The notes: generated from the sequence alone by a model not told the origin. A stretch of DNA of 64,000 nucleotides from Amoebophrya sp. A120 (GCA_905178155.1 CAJINV010000002.1:1857216-1921215), one strand, 5' to 3'; positions 33,819-47,978 are shown, counted from the first letter of the stretch. Numbers and translations are program-made.

Positions 33819-34702
33819 CTTGCTGAAGAGCACACTAGGCCGAGGAACCTGATAGTTCGTTGCTCAAGAAAAAACTTGGAAGAGAAGCGTATAGAGACCA
33901 CGAACGGTTTGAAATCATGTAGGGTATTATTTTATCTTTATACTCCTCGGTATCGTTATTCGTCGAAAAAAAAAGTCGCTAATACTACTGCTTGTCCGTA
34001 ACCAGAGAGAAATAGAGCCTGCATAGGGGTTTGTCGTGATCGAAAATAGAATCATCGCGGCTACTTAGCATGCAGCTAAGCTTCCGGAGCATGTTCGCTT
34101 TGAAATGGATTTGCTTCTGCGCAGGTTGCATGGGATCGTCAGAGATCATTCCTCTCGTGGTGTTTGGATCGATAGTAAACCCAAGAATTTGATCGATTTC
34201 TCTATGATTTTTTCGGGAACCTTTTCACTGTTTGTACTTGAACTTGTGCTCCGGGAGTGAACAGTGGTTTGCTTTTGGAATGTGGATGAAACGACTAATG
34301 CCATCCTACCAACGCATCTCTACGAATGATGTCAACGTGCGAAAGAGCGCCTCAGACCAAGCTGAAGGTGGCGCGCAAAATTTCTACTAGATGAGGCACA
34401 TCAGTCATCTTCTCGCATCTTTTGCATTTCGCGGAAATCTTCTACATTTATGTTTTTTTTGCAGTGAAAGCAGACAAAAGAACTATTTTGGGCTGATCAT
34501 GATTGAGATGATGAGAAACTTACCTTGTATAAGCGCTTATGTTGCGGAGATCGTCAGGCTGCAACGGGTGTTTTTGAAGTGTCAAACGCTAACATCTAGG
34601 AACTGTATTCTTTTGTTACATGGCTAATCAGGACCATCCTGTTCCTGTGGGCATTTCGCAAACACAACACACAGAGTTCTTCATTCCTCCTTGATAGATC
34701 AT

Positions 34703-37700
34703 TCATTCTTCTAGAACATACTCCTTAATTTCCTTCGACGATCCGCCCAGTTTCGCAGTCGCAAGGCTGTTCTGAATCTCTCCTGCCCCACCAGTTGAAG
34801 CAGCTGCTGCGCCACTGGTTATTTTTCTCGTGGTTGATTCTCCTTTTGATCCTGAGGAAGAAGATGCAGCTGCAGCAGCCGCAGTACTAGAACTGCTTTT
34901 TCTCCGTCCACGCAGGGTTGACGTGGATGCACCTCCTCCGGACGGTGCGCTTGTCGAGCTGCTAGAAGAACTACTTGACGACATAAACGGCATCGTCGAC
35001 ATCGGTGGCGTGGTTGTCGGCCCCGAGGGTAAGGAACGCCCCATACTGTACGGCTGCGAGTCTTCTTCATCGTCATCATCCCTTCTCGGTTTCTGCCCCG
35101 GATACCTCCGTAATCCCACGTCCATGGGGCTCTCAAACGCCCGCATACAGCCGATGTAGATGGACTGCACTTGGGCGGCTTTTTGGGCGATTGTTAGGTG
35201 TTTTTCTGGTGGTGCTCCTGCGGTAGAGGACGAGGAGGAAGTAGAAGACCCCGAGCTGCTTGCAGTTGTGGTCTTCGATGGAAGAATAGACGTCGACGCT
35301 GCGGCAGATGTTGGGGGAGTTTGTCCACCTTGGGTAGAGCCAGATGAGGAACTAGAAGCAGACTGATGTTCATTTCCTGCAGCATCTGTTGTCCTACCAG
35401 CAGTCTTAGGCAGCTCTTCGCCACTTGCTGGAAACAAACTCAAAGCGTCGACCAGCCGATTTCTCACCACTTCTCCTGGTTGGGCCCCGCGTGACGATCC
35501 ACCAGCACCTTGAGATGAAAATGTGTCATCGCATTCCGGGATGGCGCCGAGTGCTGTCGCAAAGTCTATTCCGCTGCGATTTTGATAGCCTGATGAGGAG
35601 GAGCTACTTCTAGAGGAAGAAGATGTTGAAAAGCTGCTACAATTCGGATGCTGTGGTAACACGCCAGATGACGAGGACGAGCTACTGCTACTACTACTTC
35701 CACTGCTCCCTCCCCCCAGCATCATTTGCTGTGCCGGCGCTTGAGCTTGTTCCGCTTGCTGGTGTTCGTACTCCGCGAATCCAAAAACTGTATCAGAATT
35801 CACAGAGCCGGCGGATGTGCCAGTTCTACCCGCTATTTTCCCTTGTTCAGCTGCAGTTTTTGCTTCTCTACTGACCAAAAACTTCTTCTCCAACGTGTTC
35901 ACCATCTCTGGCGGTAAGAAATGCCTCCGGGTCCGGTACATCCCGGAATTCAACTCCTGGTGGAAAATCTCCTTGAAAAATTTTTCGTCGTCTAACCTGT
36001 GATTCTTCACATGCTCTTCCAGCGTGTTATACGCTTCTTCCACCGTCACCGGGCGCATGAATTTTATCCCATTGTAGTGATGGGAGGAGTTTTTCTCAAT
36101 GTCGTGTTCTTGTACCTCCTTCCACAGAAACTGTTCGCTCCCCCGGTTCCATTTCGCAAGGGAGTAGAGCATGTCGTGCCCCATATCCTGAGGAAAAACG
36201 TCCTCACACCAGAGCCAAGATAGGAAATCTGCTAGACAAATCAACTAGCTTGCGTTATTTGGCATGACAAGTTTGTCGTCGTAGTGTAATCCTGTTTGGC
36301 TAGTTCAGAAGCATCACAGATCTAGCATAGCATGCTGATCCTAGCATCACAAATTCCAAAACACGAATAGGAATAGAAAATGCTTCTCATAGAGCTCCAC
36401 ATGAGAAACTTTCTTGGCATGCAGAATCGCATGAGAAACTTTATGGGGTGGGGATGTTTTTACATGGGATACCCCACTTCAAATTCGTCCCCGAAAAAGT
36501 GCTGGACACACTGTTCCCGGTTCATCTGCGCGTCGTTTTGCGCCATGTTGCAGCACATGCAGCACCCCAGCACGCAGAGACTAGCGCATTCCTTGTTCAG
36601 GTGTGACAATGGAAGAGGTTCTTTTGGCTGTGACAATTTCATGCCTGGATTAGAATCATGATTATCATGTACTTACAGCCTCGTAGAAGTACAGGTGGAA
36701 CATCATCATCAAAGCAACTGATCTGATCTGCTGCCCAGGCGGAAGAACATGTTCAGAGCCATCCCATCTCGCATGCACTGTCTGAAGTAAGTTGTTGTCA
36801 CAGCCTCGAGCAGCATTGCCTTTGCCATCGTCACAGCTAAAAAGCGCACATTTCATATCACGCAGATCCGGGGCTCCACGCACATGATGTATTATCAACT
36901 GCAAACATGTTTGGGTCTGAAAGGATGCGAGCTTTGTCGTGCTTGTGGTGCATTACGGAAGAGTTTGTTATGCGTGTCCAAGAAGAGACCCTGTTGCTTG
37001 TCATGCAAAGACGCAGTTTGTCATGCGAAAACCGCAACACTAAGCCGCGCAAGTATTTCTCATACTTGGCTGTGCATTACAGAGCATTCACTATTCGCAG
37101 CCCAGCATTACAAGTTTCTGTTTCCAGACCCAGACATATTTCTTGCAGTTGATATGTATTGACAACAGTCAATCGTCCTGTCCAACAAGAACTGCGGCGT
37201 ACTGCTCAAACAGGTGAAACACTCTTCACTGTTTTGCGGCTATGCATTGCAAAAGTATCGCACTACGTAGAAATCGCATGACAAATTTTTCCACAAGGAA
37301 AACTTCAGTTTGTAATGCTGATTCAGGTATAAAGATGAGACTTGTCTTCATGCACCGTTGCAACCACTCAGTGTAGTACGATACTTTTGCATTAGATAGC
37401 GGCACTTCCTCCCGAATTTGCTGTATGTCCCGCCGCCACTCCTGCACGCGGGACTCCATTGCCTCCCGCCAGGTTTGTTGCCGGCGTGGTTCTAAATACC
37501 GGAACCGGTCGTAGGCGTTGTTCATACGCTGCTGTCCCGGGGTATGGCGTTCTCAACTGTTACATTCTGAGCTGTAACATGGATTCGTGATGCAAGAATG
37601 GGAAAAGTGAAAGGGGGGAAGTTGCACCCGTAGCATTACAAATTCCGAACAGATTTAGGTGGTGTTTAGCCCTTCGGGAATTTGTGATGCAAAGTCGCTT

Positions 37701-39899
37701 CATCGTGTGGATGATGATGGTGCTTTGGCATGACAAAGTCATGTAAAAACAGTTGAGAATGTAACGTTTGAGAACCCCATACGGGGGATTTTCCGCATCA
37801 TCCAGCCGTCCCCACTCGCGGTGGAGAGGCGGTGCGTTCGGCGGTCTTGGGGTGTCGGTAGTTTCTGGATTGTCTCTGCTGCTGCCATCTTCACCGGAAG
37901 TCGTGGTACCCCCGACGCCAGTTCTACTAACCCTGGTCCCCGGTTCCACTCTCCGCAGTGGTCTTCTCCCCAGCGCTAATGTCGGGAGTTGCGGGTTTTC
38001 GTAGTTGACCCCGTTCGTGTTCTGTGCTGCGTCGGCATCTTCGGCGTCCACCTGATCATCCCGCATGGCGAGTAAATCATTGATGAAGCTCGGCGCTAAT
38101 GTCGCACGACACACCGGGCACCGGTTTGCATTTGTGCCGACGCGGACCCATCGGCGGAGGCATTGCCAGTGGAGCGTCGCGTGGCCGCATCCGAGAATTA
38201 CGATCTTCGATGCGTCATCCTCCGCGGAGAGGCAAATTGCACAGGGCGTCGGCTCTGATTTGACCGTACTTGAGGACTGCTGGAGTTCTGCTGCCTCTGC
38301 GGTTTCTCGGGAGGCTGGAGAGGAAGCTGCCGCGCCTCCAGCTCCTCTGGCAGTGCCTTCAATAGCCGCGTAGATCATCGCAGCAGTGGAGTCACAGGAG
38401 AGGGCGGAAGGGGAAAATCCATCGACTTCCTGGATGCTGTAGGACCCTGTACCTGTTCTGGTTCTTTCAGTTTCCTCTCGGGTCGTGGTTTCCTCGCGCT
38501 CATCACTACTAGAAGAGCCCTCGTTATCCTCTTCTAACTGCCCTGATAAAGTTTGCGATTCTTCCTCATCTTCTGAGGACACGACGTTGCTGATGTGATG
38601 CAAGGCAGCACTCGTGCCTGTGCTTACCGTGCTCGCACTTTGGATTCTCGGTCTAGCACCAGAAGTGGACGAACTGCTGGCCACCGTCCCGCCTGTCGCA
38701 GTGCTCGCCATCGATAATAATCTGTCCCGAAACGCCGCTCTCCTGCTCCGTCTTGCGGGAAGGGGGCAGTTACTTGTTGCGGCGGAGCTGGAGGTTGCAC
38801 CCGTGTTCACAGACCTGACGGGCAAAAAAGCAGCACTACTAGACGCACTCGTTCTCACCGAGCCTTCACTTCGAAGATTAGCAGGTAGAAGACCATCTTG
38901 CGAGGAAGCTAGCTGCTCATTGTGGTCATCCTCACCATCTTCGTCCTCCTGCCCCGCCCGACTATGCGGCGTTCTGTCACCCCCGCCCTGTTGCAACAGC
39001 GAGTGCAATGGTGTTGGGCTCGGGATTTCCTCGTCCAGGGTCGCAGGGGAAATGTTTTGTCTATCCGCGAAATCATGCCTCATGGTGGAGGACCCATCCA
39101 CGTCATCGTTATATTCCCCTCCCCTCAAAACACTATCCGGCAAATCAAACCTGACCGTGTGATGTCTTCTGTGCGCAGCGCTGTTCCCGCCAGCACTCGC
39201 TGTGTCGGATGGCTGGCTGTTTTGGGCGATGATTTGGGGTGGCTGACTCCTTGGCCTTGGTGTCAACAGCCGCCACGGAACGACGCCACCAACTGATGCT
39301 GTGCTGGAAGAAAGGGTGAATGCGGAGCCGCTGGACTGCGTCAGGGGGTTTGGATTTTGCGATTGCGGTTGTCCTTGTCTGCTTCGGGTCAACCCAAGAT
39401 TGAGGCCCCCTACTTGTTGCGACGTCGACCCGGCATGATTTACCATCGGTGGAGGTCCACCTGCTCCTGCAGCACCGCTCTGCCCCCCTGCTTGTGGGTT
39501 TGTTCCACCCCCGCTGTAACTCGAACTGGCAGAGGTGTACACGGAAGTTGCAATCGTATGCAGACTATTGTCCGTTTCAATGCTCGTGCGGCTGTGCTGC
39601 TGAAAAAACCGTGGCGTTTCCGCATTGTTCGCCTGTGTGTGCCGTGCGAGTGGCGCCCGGTCGACGGACGTTGGATGTCTGGTAGAACGTCTTGCGACCA
39701 CGGCGGGGATGAGACGGGCATCTGGTTGTTGTGTCGCTTGCGATTGGTCGATCGCCGCATCTGCTGGCGCACCGCCTTCCGATGGTTGTCCCGCTTTTAG
39801 GCCTGAGCTGCGGTCAAAGCACAGAAACAATGTGAGAAGGCCGCGAAAGAACAAAGCAAGCGTGAAACGAGACAACAGAGTACTGTGAGACGACAACAT
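34703..39899 (-). CDS. Large RING-H2 zinc-finger protein (putative E3 ligase); about 7 exons
   Basis: CAICLSAEDDASKIVILGCGHATLHWQCLRRW...CPVCR; joins ENPP|GQQRMNN, EVP|QNSEEC, CQY|IMCVEP and EVG|HDMLY are in frame; two short introns between 36580 and 36860 are unresolved. Confidence 0.7.
36184..36471. mobile_element. Introner family F
   Basis: TATCCTGAGGAAAAACGTCC ... GGATGTTTTTACATGGGATA; direct repeat CCCCA. Confidence 0.9.
36893..37154. mobile_element. Introner family B
   Basis: TATCAACTGCAA ... TTGCAGTTGATA; direct repeat TGTAT. Confidence 0.9.
37241..37398. mobile_element. Introner family A
   Basis: Family A TIRs; direct repeat GCGGC. Confidence 0.9.
37543..37781. mobile_element. Introner family C
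   Basis: TATGGCGTTCTCAA ... TTGAGAACCCCATA; direct repeat CGGGG. Confidence 0.95.
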
Positions 39900-40401
39900 G
39901 TTTTCTTTCCTATAGTCGATCTTCAGCAGCAGCTTCCTTCGTGCGGTGGCCTTGCATGGCTGCTTCTACAGCTCTTCTACTTGTCTTTTTTTTTTTCACT
40001 AGCACATTCAGCTGTCAGAACTCGTCCCTCAGTGACACTCCGCCAGGAAGGATGAACATGATCAGACTCGCAAAGAAAAAACGCTTTTCTGTTTCCGGGT
40101 AAAGACGTGGAGTTCTTCCACTTGTTTTCGTTCTTGGAAAGAAAAAACGCACATGCTGCAGCAAGTGTTTGTTGCAAACTTAGAATGTTGACACAGGTGG
40201 GCGGTTGTTTTTTCTTTTTTCTTGTTTCTGCTATTGGAGTACAACAATCCTACACGAAGGGAGTTTCATACAGAAAGTTTCGTAATTGAGGAAAAATCGT
40301 ACACACGCAAACTGTAAAGAAAAGCTAGGCATTGGCATGGTTAGCGTAACAATCTTGGAATAAAGACGGTTCATCTGGTGGATCATTTCGAGTTTTTCAA
40401 G

Positions 40402-41520
40402 CTAAAGAGCTCCACTACTACTACCCGCTCCCGTGGACGAAGGCTGCACTGCGAAAGCTTCCGACAAGGGCAAAACCAAATCCAACGGCCCGGTATCCAC
40501 AATTTCCTTCGTTTCCACCAATTCCAACACCAGTCGATTGCTGCAATGCGGGATTTTGCTAGCGCCAAATTCGGTAAAAGCACCACTCGTGCCTTCCGAC
40601 GCTGCGCTGATTCTTGTGAGTCTCGTCATTCCGCTTTCCCTTCCGGTCTCTTGCGTATTTGTCGAGTGGAGAGTACTAGCGGTGCTTCTCCGCTTCACCG
40701 GACGATGCTGTGAGGATGATCGTCTGTCCGGATCATGTTCTTCGTCACTCGAACTCGTTTCTTGCACGACCTCGTTCTGAACATCCATGATCCCCCGATG
40801 CCGCTTTTTGTACAACGCCCGAACGCTCCGGCGCTCCTTCTCCTCCGATTCCCGCTTCTTTTTCTGCTCAGCGGTGGTCTTCACGATGGATTTTTCCAGA
40901 CTCTGCAGCGCCAGTTCCGCGTCGAGAGTCCAGATTTGCTTCTTGGCGGGTTGCATCAGATTTGATCCTAAAGTAGTACTAGAATCTACTTGTTTGCTCA
41001 ACCTGTCCGACAAAGTCAGCTCCCGCTCCGTCTCCTTCACCACCGCTCGGTGGTAATTTGCAAACCGGTTGGAGATCAGCAACACCGTCTGATCCACTTC
41101 AAACCTTCGCCTGATTAGCTCACCCCTTGGGATGATGTACGTGGGTTTCGTCTTGACCTTCGATCTTTTTTCTTCTTGCTCCAAAGCTTCTATCTGCAGC
41201 ATGTCTTCCTCCAGACTGCTCGCACTGCCACCTCTAGGTACCTTTTTCACCTTGTTCGCCAATCCTCCGACACGCTTCGCAACTGTGGCCAATGTAGAAG
41301 TGCTAGCGCTTGCGGAGCTGCCGTGTGTTTTCTCGTTAAGGGCTTTCCGACCACCTGCGGCGGAGTAGAATAGGTCCAAGTCGATGGAGGCACTCCTTGC
41401 GACGCTGCGGGGCTGATTCGCCGGAGGTGCGACCGCATTTTCATCTACTGCTTGCAGATCCAACACTGCGTCGTCATGACGACAAGTTCTTTTGCAGGTT
41501 TGGTGTGGCTTCGTGAACAC
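40402..41520 (-). CDS. Hypothetical coiled-coil protein; start uncertain
   Basis: 372-aa ORF on the same strand as all neighbours with protein-like composition; no recognised domain. Confidence 0.5.
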   Translation of the reverse strand: MFTKPHQTCKRTCRHDDAVLDLQAVDENAVAPPANQPRSVARSASIDLDLFYSAAGGRKALNEKTHGSSASASTSTLATVAKRVGGLANKVKKVPRGGSASSLEEDMLQIEALEQEEKRSKVKTKPTYIIPRGELIRRRFEVDQTVLLISNRFANYHRAVVKETERELTLSDRLSKQVDSSTTLGSNLMQPAKKQIWTLDAELALQSLEKSIVKTTAEQKKKRESEEKERRSVRALYKKRHRGIMDVQNEVVQETSSSDEEHDPDRRSSSQHRPVKRRSTASTLHSTNTQETGRESGMTRLTRISAASEGTSGAFTEFGASKIPHCSNRLVLELVETKEIVDTGPLDLVLPLSEAFAVQPSSTGAGSSSGAL

Positions 41521-41817
41521 ACGAAAATCATCACTGATACACTGTCAGAAGGCTGCTGGTTCCAAGAAGTAGGACACTGTAGCCCTAAACAGCCCCGGGG
41601 GCTCGGTGCGGCTAGCACATGGTAGAGAATTGTTCATTTGAAACAGCAGGCACAGTTCGTGGGAACTGTCAAGTACTTACTTACAGCTCGATCCAGGTCG
41701 CTAGGTGTGGTTTGATAAGAAACGCAGAGCAATTCGATGCGCCGCGATTTGAGTATTCATGTACCATCTGCAATGTCCCTATTTTTTCACAGATCATTCT
41801 TGACGTCGCACGCCACT

Positions 41818-44800
41818 CTAGTTTACAAAGCACCGCAGCTTTTGATTCAGAATCTCCGCAACTAGGGTACCAGCACCTCGGTCGTCCTCAGCATCACCGC
41901 GCCCGCTTGGCAAGAATTCAGGCAAGAACAGATTCACAACTTTCACTCCGTGCTTCGATAGAATTTCCTCCAGAAAAGCCTGCCGCCCGTCGGAGTCAAG
42001 AAGCAGATTTACTTGCTCATTGAATGCCGTGCTGTGACTGTGAGGGTTGTTCTGCATGACAGATTCCCCGTCTAGCTGCGAGCTGCTATGCGTTTTCCGG
42101 ATGAAAGACCCTCCGGTTTGCACGTTGCTGGTGAGAAGGAAAACTGCGATTTTTTCCGCATTTTGTCTTTCGGCATCTTCACCTTCGCCAGTACTCGCTG
42201 TCTTCTCAGGTTGTACTAGTTCCAAAACCCAGTCGCAGTACACACCGTGCAAAAGTTCGTTTCGCGACATCTTGACCGCTGACAACATTCTCGTTGGACT
42301 GGCTCCTTCAGGCTCAAGTTTATTTTGGAAGTAGTCGCTAACCTTCTTCCGGATCTCGGCTTCGAAAGAGGTTGATGTTGGGGTAGTGGCATCTGCTTTG
42401 TCGTCGGGTCCCTGCTGCTCTCCGATGGAACTAACAGTCGGTCGTCCTGTTTGCGTGGTTCAAGATCACTAAAGGGCATGCCACTGAGACTCATGTAGGC
42501 CGACATTTTGATTTTGAAGATCATCATGCGGGTACGAATGTTGACACCGTGAACCTGAGGCCATAAAATGGAAAATTCTTGCACCAATCAAGAACCATCT
42601 AGTAGGTGTTTTGTCGTACCTGATGCCACCTGCTCCTGTGCAACATCCAACATCGCCGCTTCTTGTTCCAGCTCCACCGAAACCCCTCCTTCTTCTAAAG
42701 ACAACGGGCAACCAACGATCATGTTGTTCGCATTTTGAGCGAAGTTCTGTTGTCGTCCCCCAACAGAAAAACCGCCAGCACAAGTATTGCACTCCTGCCC
42801 AAGATGTAGTTCAATCCGTTTCAACCCCTCAGGGGAGAACAGCTCCATCCGCTTTTCTGCATTCTTCTCCACCGTGATGTCGATCATGTGCGCAATCTGG
42901 ACCAACCGCTCTAGGAGTCTTGTGGTATTAACATTACCTGCACCTCCTGCATTCGCGTACGGATCCAGTGCCGCCCTTGTGACCTGCTTTACAAACACAC
43001 TATCGAGCATCTTGCAGAGCCTTTTCTGCCTCCACAGAAACTTTGCCCTTTCTTCGCGGAGTAGAGCGTCGCTTGGTTCTTGATAAGACGTTTGGTTGAA
43101 ATCTTGTTCAACATCTTGTTCCCCACTGGCATAATTAAGACCGTTCTGTTGCAGCTGCACCAGCCGCTTCCGAATCTCCTCTTCTTCTGGCACTTCTAAC
43201 CACCCCGCGGAGACGAACGCGTGACAACACTGCACCAAAGCAGTGTACCCGACTTGCGATAGAAGTTGCTGCTCGGGTCCACCACCTGAGGACGTCGGAG
43301 GTCCATTTGGATTATTCGTACCAACCCGGCCTCGTTTGGAGTAGAAGTTTTTCCGCAACAAGTTCAATCCCTCAACCTTCTCCTCCACAAAATCAAACGC
43401 GAACTCGAAGAGCGGTTTATTCGGGTGGTACTTCATCAAACTATACGCCCACAACACCGGCGACAGATGCTCCAATTCCGTGAACAGTTGCCGTTCTTGG
43501 AGCAGTATGCAGTGCAACAGTATCGCGCTCGTAGTAGTCGCAGTCATGCATTACAAATCTCGTTCTCATGGTAAATCAGCATGAGAAATTCTAATTTCTC
43601 ATGCTGAGGACATTTGTCATGCGATTTGTACAAGTACGATACTTTTGCAATGCATAAGCAGCATGAAGCTGATCGAATCGTACGCCGTCTTGTCGAAGAA
43701 CTTCATCCGGGCTAGGGCGGTGACGAGCGTGCATTGTTGGAAAAAGGATATTATGCATTGCAAAAGACTTTTGCACTCGTATAAATGCATTACAAATTTC
43801 CTCAGCATTAGAAATAAAATTTGTAATGCTGATTTACTTTAACAAAAGGATTTGTAATGCATGATTGCAATACGAGTACGATACTTTTGCACAGGATAGA
43901 GATGCGGTCCAGCATGTACTTGTCTTGGATGACGGGCAGGAGCTGCTGGAGCCAGGATTTCGAGAGGTAGTCGTCGGATGAGGAGGTCATGTTGCTCAAA
44001 CTTCCAACATCTTCGACTGCAGAGGCTGTACTATCACAATTACTGCTGTTTATCGAAATTCTCGACAAAGAGTTCGTGACCGACTGCCATAATGACACGT
44101 TCGGGCTGTACTTCATTTCCGGCATGCGTTCGGCGAGGATGTTTGTGAGGAAGTGCAGGTTTTGCAGGTAGGAAGAGTCGAAGTGTGGCTCTTGCAGCTG
44201 GTAGCTGGACGACTCCTGCGGCCCTCCTGGTGCTCCTGTCCCTGGCGTTGCATTCTGACTGACAAGAAAAACGTGTTTCCAGGAGGTTAGGGAATCCAAG
44301 CCTCTCACCAGCTCCACTGTATTATCCAACTCCGGGTCGGTTAAAAGCGTCCAGTCGTTTTGCCTGATGCGGCTGTTGCCAACGTCGTGACTGCTGTGGG
44401 AGTCCTGCTGTTCATTTTCTTGCCTGTGTCGCTGATTTTCTATTTCCCTTTCTCTGACGAACAACATGTGCTTTTCCCGGTAATCGGCCAACTTTCCATT
44501 CACCGCTTTCACATATTCCCCTACCGCCCGGGAATAGCGTTTATCGAAAAACACATCGTGGAGACTGCGGATGGCTTCGGAGAGGGGGAAGGAGGAACCT
44601 GTGGGTGTCGAGCTGGACAAATTTTCTTTTTGAGACGGGGTGCCTGCTCCACTTCCTTCTTCTTCCAGCAACATTTTCTTCCGCAGCAGCGTACAGACAT
44701 CCCTTTGCAGCTCCAAGTACAGCATCCCCGAGCCGTAGCCGCAGCTCTTCAAATCCCGGGAGAACCGAAGCGTTAACAGCAAGTCCGGAATTTCCAACTG

Positions 44801-46628
44801 CAGCAAGTTCATGCGGATTTTCGGGCACGCCTTGTGGAAAAAGACCTGCCAGTCCTTCGTGAACCGGATTAAACCACGAGCGCTGTCCATAATCTCGTGA
44901 ACTGTCATAGCACTCTCTGCTTGGTCCGCGGCAAAGTGGATAATTCGGTCCACGAAATGCTTGCACCGTAACCCGTGACGCCCAGTCTCCTGAAGGAGGT
45001 GAGCGGTTTCGCTCGGGGAGAGAGGGAAAGAGGAGGAGGCTTTATTGCCTTGCTGCTGCTGGTGAAGATGATTTCCACAGGATTTTTGTACTATTTGTCC
45101 CGCTGCTGGTGCTGGTCCTCTGCGTACAGAAGTGAGAAAGTCAAAAACCTCGCCCGGGTAGAAGGAATGTTTGCCGAAAATCGTGCTGATGTGCAAAAGA
45201 TCGGTGAAAACAGAAGAGGTCGCCAGATTATCGGCACAAGGAATACCATCATTCTCCACCCTCTCCCGCCAAAACTGTACCACATGCGGCAGCACCGGAA
45301 TCGCTTCGCGCAACAGCATATCCTGTCCAAAAGTATCGCACTCGTAGTAATTGCAGTCATGCATTACAAATTTTTTTCTTAAGGTAAATCCGCATTACAA
45401 ATTTTGCTTCTCATGCTTAGGAAATTTGTAATGCATTTATACGAGCAGTACAATACTTTTGCAATGCTTACAGCATTTCGTGTTTTTCGCTTTTTTCCGC
45501 AAACACATCCATATCAAATGTAAAAATGTCTGGGTCTGGAAGGTTGGAACTTGTGATGCTAACTTTGGACTCTGAAAATATCTGTATTGCATGACCAGCA
45601 AGAGGAGTCTAGTTTGTGCTACGCGGAGAGGGCATTTGTCATGCGGAGTAGGCATCAGGAAGCCGTCTAAAAATCTGTGATGCTAGGTCGTGCATGACAG
45701 ACATCCTGGGTCATGCAAAATATGCATGACAAACCCGGCAACATTCCAGACCCAGACATTTTTGCACAGGATAATCCATGGTCTCGACGTATTTCCGCAG
45801 TTTTGCATGGCACAGCTCATTCTTCACGATTTGCAAGGCCTTGATTGCGTACTGGTGCAGCTGCTGGTCTGGGGGGAGGGTCGTCGGAGGTGGTTGTGTT
45901 GTGTGTTGCTGGTGTAGTTCTCCGTCCTCTTGCAACGCTGCTACCTTCCGCAGTAACAGGTGAAAAAAAGCATCGAGTTTTTGCTTCTTCTGTAAGATCA
46001 ACGCGGCTTGCTTTTCCTGAGCTTGTCTGCTCGCTAGTGCTTCTTCTTGAGAAGTTTCTTGAGTAGGATTGATTTCCGAGCTGCTACCCGTAGTAGTTTT
46101 TGATGTCGCTCCTACGTCAGCTCCACCCTCCTTTTTCTGCTTCTCCAAACGGTCTTGCTGGGTGAGGTGCCGCAAATAAGCTGCAAACTCGGCGTCCGAC
46201 TGCCACGAGTGGGTCTTTATCTTCTTGTTTTGCGAAGTTGAGCTAGTTGCCGAGAAGGCGTCGGTTGCAGCGCTTTGATTTATTGCACCGGATTGTTGTG
46301 TTGCTTTTCCTTGTGGTCCCCGTCCACCTGAAAAAGAGCCCTCGGTGTCCAACACTGCGGCCCTGGCTGCAGCGGCACCAGCGGAAAAGGTGCAGAATGA
46401 TTTCGATTTGCTTTTCACCGAAGCTAATATTTGAGGCTGCTGGTCTCCCTCTGCCTCTCGGTGCAAAGAACAGCGCCCTTCCACAAGGGGCCACACAGCT
46501 TCTATGCTGCAGAGGCCAGCCGTAGAGGTAGTACTTCTTGCCGTCAATGCAGCAGGCGCCTTTTCAAGAACAGCACGAGCACGCGGCTGGCCCGCCATGT
46601 GCTTCATTCTGCAGCGCGAATGCTTCAT
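41818..46628 (-). CDS. Helical-repeat protein with a C-terminal RAP-like domain (putative organellar RNA-binding); 6 exons
   Basis: Four introners plus GT-AG intron 42447-42619 give one frame (ETMD|VFAEK, HEML|LREA, DRIS|FFQQ, FML|LQER, AS|GRPTV); C-terminal TSFEAEIRKKV...LHGVYCDWVL...ILSKHGVKVVNL resembles a RAP domain by eye. Confidence 0.65.
43506..43656. mobile_element. Introner family A
   Basis: Family A TIRs; direct repeat AGCAG. Confidence 0.9.
43752..43898. mobile_element. Introner family A (opposite orientation to 9948-10096)
   Basis: Family A TIRs; direct repeat GATAT/GAGAT. Confidence 0.9.
45319..45470. mobile_element. Introner family A
   Basis: Family A TIRs; direct repeat CAGCA. 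Confidence 0.9.
45512..45773. mobile_element. Introner family B
   Basis: Family B TIRs; direct repeat ATCCA. Confidence 0.9.
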
Positions 46629-47978
46629 TTTTGCGCTGATCTTCGCGTGTGGTGTTTTTTGTGGGTCGTAGGTTCTTTAGATCATTTTTTTCGGTGGAGT
46701 TCTTTCGCCTATTAACATGGCAATCATGATCCACGACGAGTACGAGAACGTATGCTGTAGCTGTACTGCTACTCCTGTTCTCCTTTAACTACGACGTACG
46801 TGTTTGAATAAAAGACCCTAAAAATGACCATCGCACACGAACTCCTTGCAATTTCAACACGGTACGAGGACAAAAACAAAAACAGAAACAGATCCACATG
46901 TTGACCATCTTGCGGCATCTCAGATCACAATTCTGGCGCATCAAGCAGGATAAACTTGTTCCCGCAATTTTAGTGCACTTTTTTCGTCTTGATCTTCAAA
47001 GGAAGAACAAGGAGAGCAGCCCTCCTGATGAAAGCCCGCTAGTCCTGTTCACAGAAGCTTGTGAAAAGATCAGATCTTTTGATCACCACACAATGGCATT
47101 GGTAAAGTACTTACAAGGCAGATATGATGATGATCCAGATCTTCCTGTCGCGCGAGCCATCTGGTTCTGGACGTCGTCCTCGTCGAGTGGTCACATATAA
47201 AAGCCGACACGACAAAACGTAAACACGGCGCGAAGAGGAACTCCGCTTAGTTTCCGGCTTGATGTTGTCCAACTGTTGCAAAAAGATCTTGTTCCTACTT
47301 CCATACTTCTTACACATTCCACCATGCTTGGCGCGGTGGTGTGTCTGATGTGCTAGAAGAGAACACCACGACCAGAGCGTCTCCCACCTTCTCGGCCGGT
47401 CGTCCGGCTCTTACAACTGCTCGAGCTCAGTACAACAGCCTTGTCGCTCAATGGCATGATCGATGTCGTTCAGAGTTATCGCCACCGAATTCTAATTGTA
47501 CAGTTTATACGGATTGGACTTTCTCATGCATGGTACTATTATGTACAACAATGCTTTTGGTTCTGTACCGGCGCATTAAAGCAACCGCAATTCGATAAGC
47601 TTGAGCACTAGTACCTACCCTCCAAAATGTGAAATTCTTATTTTACAGGAAAAATGTTCTACTTGACGCGGCTAACTCTAAAAATAAAACAGCACATGGC
47701 GTGCGTGAATTCGTGAAAATGATGAAAATTTGAAAGGAAATGTCTAAACTTGTGATAATTTTGCTAAACATAGGTATGAGAAATCTTGCTAAAAAATAGA
47801 ATGCAAACGATTGATTCGTAAAGTGAAAGCTTGCTTCCTCCTCGTCGCAATGTATCCCATTCTTCAATTGGTTTACGATTGAGTTCATTGTCGTGTAAAT
47901 ACATTTGACAAAAAACAAACAAAAAAAAAAACTCAATCCTCCGTTGAAAACATCTGCAATCGAGTTAAGTAGTTTCCG

